64,000 nucleotides of DNA from Somniosus microcephalus (Eukaryota): positions 35,402,001 to 35,466,000 of the forward strand of contig CM126232.1 of assembly GCA_052327205.1 (NCBI GenBank). Direction: 5' to 3'. A program made the translations under genes and the position numbers. This document shows, one piece after another, positions 58,001 through 64,000 of this stretch. The stretch's first letter is position 1. Every line of letters starts with the position of its first letter. The notes under the pieces were generated by a model, which saw only the letters and a list, made by a program, of their open reading frames with translations, was not told the DNA's origin and did not search any database.

Positions 58001-61000
58001 GTCTTGTTCATGCTGTGTAGGGCGGGGGGTGGGGGGGAGGGAGGAGGAGTTGAGTGAAGCCAGGGAGATGTTACTCGTTTCTTCACATGAAATGAACGCT
58101 TAGATATTCTAGGCTGGCTAAAAAAAAATTCTACAAGAACGCTGTTATAAATCTCATCATTCATCAAGAAACTACTCGTGAAATAACGCTGGACGGCCAG
58201 CTGGTGGCGCCGTCCAAGGAGTATAAATACACGGGCGTGGGCCCCAGCTTTCCAGGGGCATTTTGTAAGACAAGGAACTAGTGAAGTACAACTAGGCCTC
58301 CATGTTCTGAAACAAGTTGATTAAAGCCTTGCTTTATACTCAAACCAAGTGCGTAGTGAGTTTTATTACGTCAAGCGCTTCCCCCCTACACGGCAGTCGC
58401 AGTGTGGAACTGAGCCAAGAACAGGGAGGTCCCAACTTCCTCCCACGTCAGCTCAGACAGCTAACTGCACCGTGCGACACTGAGGACGCCACAATTGGCA
58501 CAACGGTCCTGGGCCAGTTGCCCACTCCAGATTGGCATCAGGTACCCCTGCCGGTAAAAATGGATGTGCATGGATGTCGGGCGAGCAGAGGCTAGGGATG
58601 GACTGGGGCGCCACTCCCCTGGTCGAACGACCCGGTGGCACTCACTTCCTGAGCTCTCGTGTGAAGAATGGACACTTGGGTGAGGAATCAAGGGGGCAAC
58701 CAGCACTCCTGGAACTATACCCCAGCGCACTCAGGAGAGAAAGAAAGACTTGAATTTATATAGTGCCTTTCACAACCCCAGGACGCCTCCAAAGTGCTTT
58801 ACTTTGATCAGCTCCAAGGAGTTTACAATTTAGGTTATTCACATTGAAGGAAAATATCCATAAGGTATGTAGTTGGTCCAAATCAGAGGCTGGAGTGTAC
58901 GCTGCTTACCTTCTCAAAAGGTTTGAAGTCCTGTCTTCCTGGCTCGGTCTGAGGGGACCACTCCCCACCTTCAGAGTTGCGATCCCACGGGACTTGGGAC
59001 TTGCGGAATGAGTCAACCGGCATTAGGCGTGGGTTGTGGCCCTGTCACAGAAAGAGCAAAGTCAGATACGTGCACTGAAAGTAATTCTTCCGAACTGCGC
59101 AGAGATCTCATCAAAACAAAATTCATGGGCAAGGGTGGGTGGGTGGGTGGGGGGGGGAGCAAACAGCGTGATGTTAACTGGGACAGCCAATGGGGGCGCT
59201 ACGATTTGCCTCAGCCAATTGGGTGCTATGATTTGCTTCAGCCAATGGGGAAACAGTTAGCCAGTGTCCCCATTCCTGATTGGCATTCAGAAGTTTCTCC
59301 TGAAGTCCTTATTGGATTTATTAGTGACTATCTTATATTTATAATCCCTAGTCTTGGACTCCCTCACAGATGGAAACATCTACCCTATCAAACCCCTTCA
59401 TAATTTTAAAAACCTCGATCAGGTCACCCCTCAGCCTCCTCTTTTTTTTAGAGAAAAACACCCCAGCCTGTACATTCTTTCCTGATGGTTGTACCCTCTC
59501 GGTTCTGGTGTCATCCTTGTAAATCTTTGTTGCGCCTTCCCTTGAGCTTTTATATCCTTGTTATAATATGGAGACCTGAGCTGTGCACAGTAACTCCAAG
59601 TGTGGCCTATCCAAGGTTCAATACAGGTTTAACATAACTTCTCTGCTTTTGAGTTCCCTTTCTCCAGGAATGACCACCACCCCCCCCCCACCAACCCCCC
59701 CCCCCCACCCCCGCCCCCATGCTTGGCTTCCAATGGGCTTCGGCCGAAGGGTCCCTATCTCAAATGTTAACCCATCTTTTTAGATGCTTCAGTGGGGAAA
59801 GAGTTAAACTGACATCACTGGCAGTTTCACTGAATGGTGTAATAAAGACAACAATCTAATAGGCCTTTGCAGTAGTAAGCTTTTCCTGAGTTGCTGAACT
59901 GGCAGTTGAGATAACCTAAGAATGACATGGTGATTTTGCAGTGGTGTTAGAATGATTAACGATGGCAAACTGTATAACATGGAAACAATTGCAAATAGCC
60001 AGACATGGAACCATAAGAGGCCTAGAGGATGTAAGGTCTGTTCTGGCAGAAAAGTAAAACAATGAGTTGGAAGTAAAGAGGCCTAGAGAGGCAGGAAAGG
60101 AGGACAATGAGTCAGAAGTACAATGTTGGTGAGACCCCATCTGGCATAAATAAAGGTCATAGGTGCAACAACAGCTTGCGGTGATATCGGATATATAATT
60201 TTCCGGTAATAAAGGCGGTACTTTAATGTAACGCGGCATTGGCAACTAATCAGTGAAGATGCTCACGGGGCGAAACCCAATCAAATTGTTAAGATGGATC
60301 GTGCACGAGGCTAATTATGTACCAAATTTTTGTATAAAAGACTGCTTAAATTTTGTATCATTGGCGAGAAGTCTGGCTAAGACAGAGCAGACCGTCTCCC
60401 CACCGGTGGAATAAAGACAACTTGACTATCGATCTGAAAACCTTGTGTCGAGTGTTGGTTTGAAATACTCCACAACAATGCTTAAGGGTCTGCTGCATAT
60501 TTCCTGCCTTTTCTGTGTTAATGCGAGCAATTCTGACATCGACAAGCACGTAGGAGCATTGAGACAAAGTGTGCTGAGGGAGGACACAGTTACCTGCATT
60601 CTCAGACGAGGGTTGCCATGTGTGCGGATGTGGGGCGACTTTAATGACTGGGTAACAGAGACGGGCGTTTTTTTTAGGGTACTGTAAGGTCTGTCTGGCA
60701 GGTTTGGGAGGGTGTCTTCATCGCCTCTCTCTGAAACAGGTTCCCAGGCTGACTGCTTCTGAGCGATGTTGGGCTTCTTCCGCGCCGGCACACTCTGGGT
60801 GCGTTTCACCGCTGTCGTGCTCTTGCTTGTAATCCCGCCAGACTTCAAGTTCTGCTCTTCCGCTGTGCACCTCTGCAAGCTCAGCAGCGACGCAGTGACG
60901 TGATTGACGTTTTTGGGCGCCACGTAGCTCGGCTTGTCTTCCCGGCTGTAGGGGCTGAAAGAGAAGGCGTCCCATGTGAGTATTGTATTTGGTAGTGGGG

Positions 61001-63391
61001 GGCCATGCAATGCGGCAGCACTTTCTTTGGAACCCCCCAACCCACCAAGGTGGGGTGTTTACAGAATGGAAGAGCATGTGGGGGTAGGGGGTGGCGGATT
61101 TTTTTGGTCCTGTACTTCCCCACACTGTGAGCTTCAGGCTCAGTCATGGTGTCATACCTAGTGCCTGTCCACGGGTCTGAAAGGGAAACCTTCGATGAGC
61201 TAGTCAACTCAACACTCAACCACACCGTCCTCTTTGGCAGGGGTCTGGGAATCAGGTCATCCGGAGGGGACAATGGACTCTGCAACTTCTTCAACTCTTC
61301 AATCCTCATCTCTATAAAGTCTGTCCAAGACTACGACATGGCTGCCATATCTGGGGGGGGGGTGTGTCTAGCTTCCCTTTTATCTCTCAGGATAAGGGGT
61401 CGGCCATTTAAGACTGAGAGGAGGAGGAATTTCTTCACTCGGAGGGTTGTGAATCTTTGGAATTCTCTGCCCCAAAGGGCTGTGGATGCGGAGTCGTTGA
61501 GTATATTCAAGGCTGAGACAGATAGATTTTTGGACCCTAGTGGAATCAAGGGATATGGAGATCGGGCGGGAAAGTGGAGTTGAGGTCGAAGATCAGCCAT
61601 GATCTTATTGAATGGCGGAGCAGGCTCGAGGGGCCGAATGGCCGACTCCTGCTCCTAATTTTTATGTTCTTATGATACAAACCAATGCTCTTGTCTGATT
61701 GGTTATCCCTGTACTCTCCAACCTTCATCCCAACCTTCCTTTGTCTATTTTCTTGCTATTTTACTCTGGTGGCCTGTCGCTCTGAATTTTCTCCTCTTCA
61801 CCCTCCTAAGCTCCAAAGACGTCACCCTACATCCTTCTATTTTCTTCACTGTCACTACATTGAAATCAGGGCGGCTCCTCGCCTCCTACAATCGACACAC
61901 TTTTAAAGCTCAGGATCAGCACCACTGAACCATTATACCATCAATTCAGGGGGAATACTGCTGCTCATCCCTCTTGTAATGTCACCATCTTGGGAAAACT
62001 CTTCCTTTGATCATTTTATTGACGTCCCCGTTTCTCAAGATCAACCATTGGCTGAGAGAACTGCTCCAGAATTTTTTGTTCCGATTCACCTCCTCATTTC
62101 CTCTTTACGCCAGATCACCTTTGTAGGAAAAACCCGGACCATCTCATAGAACCATAGAAATTTACGGCACAGAAGGAGGCCATTCGGCCCATCGTGTCTG
62201 TGCCGGCCGACAAAGAGCTCTCCACCCTAATCCCACTTTCCAGCTCTTGGTCCGTAGCCCTGTAGGTTATGGCACTTCAAGCGCATAGCCAAGTACTTTT
62301 TAAATGTGATGAGGGTTTCTGCCTCTACCACCCTTTCAGGCAGTGAGTTCCAGACCCCCACCACCCTCTGGGTGAGAACATTTCTCCTCAACTCCCCTCT
62401 AATCCTTCGACCAATTACTTTAAATCTGTGCCCCCTGGTTATCAACCCCTCTGCTAAGGGAAATATGTCCTTCCTATCCACTCTATCTCAGTCCCTCATA
62501 ATTTTATACACCTCAATTAACTCACACTTCAGCCTCCTCTGTTCCAAAGAAAACAACCCCAGACTATCCAATCTTTCCACAATATTTTGTAAGGAATACT
62601 CTTCCCAAATCACCAGGGGGTGCGTGAACACTGTTCCTTTACCTCTCTAGCCCCAAAATCTCACCTCCTGACTCCCCAAAGCCTTGCCACCAGCTACAAG
62701 GCACAAGTCAGGAGTGTGATGGAATACGCTCCACTTGCCTGGATGAGTGCAGCTCCAACAACACTCAAGAAGCTCGACACCATCCAGGACAAAGCAGCCC
62801 GTTTGATTGGCACCCCATCCACCACCTTAAACATTCACTCCCTCCACCACCGGCGCACCGTGGCTGCAGTGTGTACCATCTACAAGATGCACTGCAGCAA
62901 CTCGCCAAGGCTTCTTTGGCAGCACCTCCCAAACCCGCGACCTCTTCCACCCAGAAGGACAAGGGCAGCAGGTGCAGGAACGCCACCACCTCCAAGTTCC
63001 CCTCCAAGTCACACACCATCCTGACTTGGAAATATATCGGCCGTTCCTTCATCATCGCTGGGTCAAAATCCTGGAACTCCCTCCCTAACAGCACTGTGGG
63101 AGCACCTTCACCACACGGACTGCAGCGGTTCAAGAAGGCGGCTCACCACCACCTTCTCAAGGGGCGACGAGGGATGGGCAATAAATGCTGGCCTTGCCAG
63201 CGACGCCCGCATCCTATAAACACATTTTTTAAAAAGTCAGCAATTCATCCATTCATGGACAATCGATGTGTAGGGACGTTTCAGTCTTACCTTAAGTCCT
63301 GGTGATGTATCAGTGGTACATTTGGGTTTTTCAGGGAATGGGTGATACCATTCAGAATGGCGGGAAGAGGTCGCAGCCTGGCTAGTTCTTG
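51793..63391 (-). CDS. RASAL3: RAS protein activator-like 3, last six coding exons; gene continues beyond the window end
   Basis: Exons 63391-63291 (QELARLRPLPAILNGI), 60954-60594 (EDKPSYVAPK...VKRTQSVPARK), 59041-58910 (SFRKSQVPW), 58012-57840 (HEQDISSLQE...EEKDKQIKRLAS), 55495-55411 (LETIEEERKKD), 52047-51793 (ESRLFSVEEE...SPTKLPIVENGQVENGSC*). All phases are compatible. Motifs match recalled human RASAL3 (EPLPTIL, PGFLAPRD, VQRTQSVP, RKPSVPW) and the DAB2IP/RASAL2 coiled coil and C-terminus. Confidence 0.85.
52796..52925 (+). mobile_element. Penelope-type terminal fragment with a hammerhead-like core
   Basis: 17-bp TSD ATTCTAATCAATCTCTC; CTGATGA, short stem, GAAACGTT at 52801-52829. Confidence 0.7.
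53090..55365 (+). mobile_element. CR1 LINE fragment with RT, interrupted by Penelope-type, SINE and LTR insertions
   Basis: KSLGPDEMHPRLLRE, PEDWRIANVTPLFKKG, then 3' motifs after the nested inserts. Confidence 0.88.
54459..54815 (+). mobile_element. Solo LTR (family B), CRE-rich, splitting a CR1
   Basis: TG...CA ends, ACTG TSD, CR1 sequence resumes on both sides; two TGACGTCA and one CACGTG. Confidence 0.82.
55411..55495 (-). CDS. RASAL3: RASAL3 coiled-coil exon LETIEEERKKDVEKLQAAGRTLQKIERL
   Basis: Acceptor ctccttttacag, donor gtaagt, 85 nt, phase 2 to 0. Confidence 0.88.
56834..57346 (-). mobile_element. Solo LTR (family C)
   Basis: CCTCA TSD; both ends match the reverse complement of the 59789-60477 element. 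Confidence 0.8.
57840..58012 (-). CDS. RASAL3: RASAL3 coiled-coil exon HEQDISSLQES...KQIKRLAS
   Basis: Acceptor ccctacacag, donor ag|gtgaga, 173 nt, phase 0 to 2. Confidence 0.88.
58143..58373 (+). mobile_element. Solo LTR (family A) in a RASAL3 intron
   Basis: TG...TTACGTCA, flanks aacgc/agcgc, same TATA and ATTAAA blocks. Confidence 0.8.
58910..59041 (-). CDS. RASAL3: RASAL3 exon GHNPRLMPVDSFRKSQVPW...KPFEK
   Basis: Acceptor ctctttctgtgacag, donor aag|gtaagc, 132 nt, phase 0-0. Confidence 0.85.
59789..60477 (+). mobile_element. Solo LTR (family C, longer variant)
   Basis: ATGCT TSD, TATAAAA and AATAAA, ends CCACAACA. Confidence 0.8.
60594..60954 (-). CDS. RASAL3: RASAL3 exon PYSREDKPSYVAPK...VKRTQSVP...GNPRLRMQ
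   Basis: Acceptor ttctctttcag (alternative in-frame acceptor gives a start at 60945), donor cag|gtaact, phase 2 to 0. Confidence 0.85.
63291..63391 (-). CDS. RASAL3: RASAL3 exon following the GAP domain: QELARLRPLPAILNGITHSLKNPNVPLIHHQDL
   Basis: Donor ag|gtaaga in phase 2; acceptor position uncertain by a few nt; L.PLP.IL motif of the SynGAP family. Confidence 0.75.
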
Positions 63392-64000
63392 CTGTTCTTT
63401 GCAGGACGTGGCGATGACAACAGTAGCAGGGTCAGGATTGTCGGAGGGTGCATTGAAAATAGGCAGAAAAAGGAAAAAGGCATTAGCGACATGGGGCATG
63501 AATGTAAAGTTACACAATTTTAAAAGCGAATTTACTGCTCATCAAGTTGAAGGAGGTTATGCCGAGGGGGGGCGGGGGGAGGACTAGGGTAAGATTTTTC
63601 ACCTATTGTCCTCTTATCCATCCTTTGCCCTACCATTGGCGGCCGTGCCTTCAGCCGTCTGGGCTCTAAGCTCCGGAATTCCCTCCCTAAACCTCTCTGC
63701 CTCTCTCTCCTCCTTTAAGATGCTTCCCAAAACCTACCACTTTGACCAAGCTTTTGCTCACCCGTCCTAATGTCTCCTTCTTCGGCTCGGTGTCGATTTT
63801 TGTCTGCTTACGCTCCGGTGAAGCGCCTTGGGACGTGTTACGACCTTAAAGGCGCTGTATAAATGCAAGTTGTTGTTGTTGAACGGACAAAAATCTAGTC
63901 CCATTGCGCTCCGATGTCCGTATACCAAAGCCAGTTGCAAAGTAAAGCTCCCTCCACACTGCCCCAGCAATAAGGGCTAAAGGGATCAAGGGATATGGGA

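Noticed and set aside
61157-61350. Possible extra RASAL3 exon (MRIEELKKLQSPLSP...) with a good donor
   Set aside because: No acceptor gives the required phase-2 open frame, and the flanking exons already splice in frame; at most a poison or alternative exon.

Overview
Eukaryotic, repeat-dense genomic window. The CR1/L2 LINE, DeuSINE-type SINE and Penelope-type repeats point to a cartilaginous fish (inference). Most ORFs in the supplied track are transposon debris or minisatellite artefacts. Reading splice signals by hand on the minus strand gives two spliced genes that the ORF track misses or only fragments. (1) The last six coding exons of RASAL3 (63391 down to 51793). (2) An apparently complete type II transmembrane C-type lectin-like receptor (about 43463 down to 667, roughly 460 aa). 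It has a tyrosine-motif cytoplasmic tail, a TM exon, nine short phase-1/phase-1 stalk exons (seven are exactly 63 nt, as in CD23) multiplied by tandem duplication of whole exon+intron units, and a degenerate CTLD lacking the Ca2+/sugar-binding motifs. Mobile elements include an intact single-ORF Gypsy element inside one stalk repeat unit, an internally deleted chromovirus, several solo LTRs with TSDs, Penelope-type hairpin insertions (one with a hammerhead-like core) and Harbinger-type elements. Repeats include SINE-internal 33-bp minisatellites and a YY1/CRE-like tandem array. All homology statements are from recalled family motifs; no searches were run.
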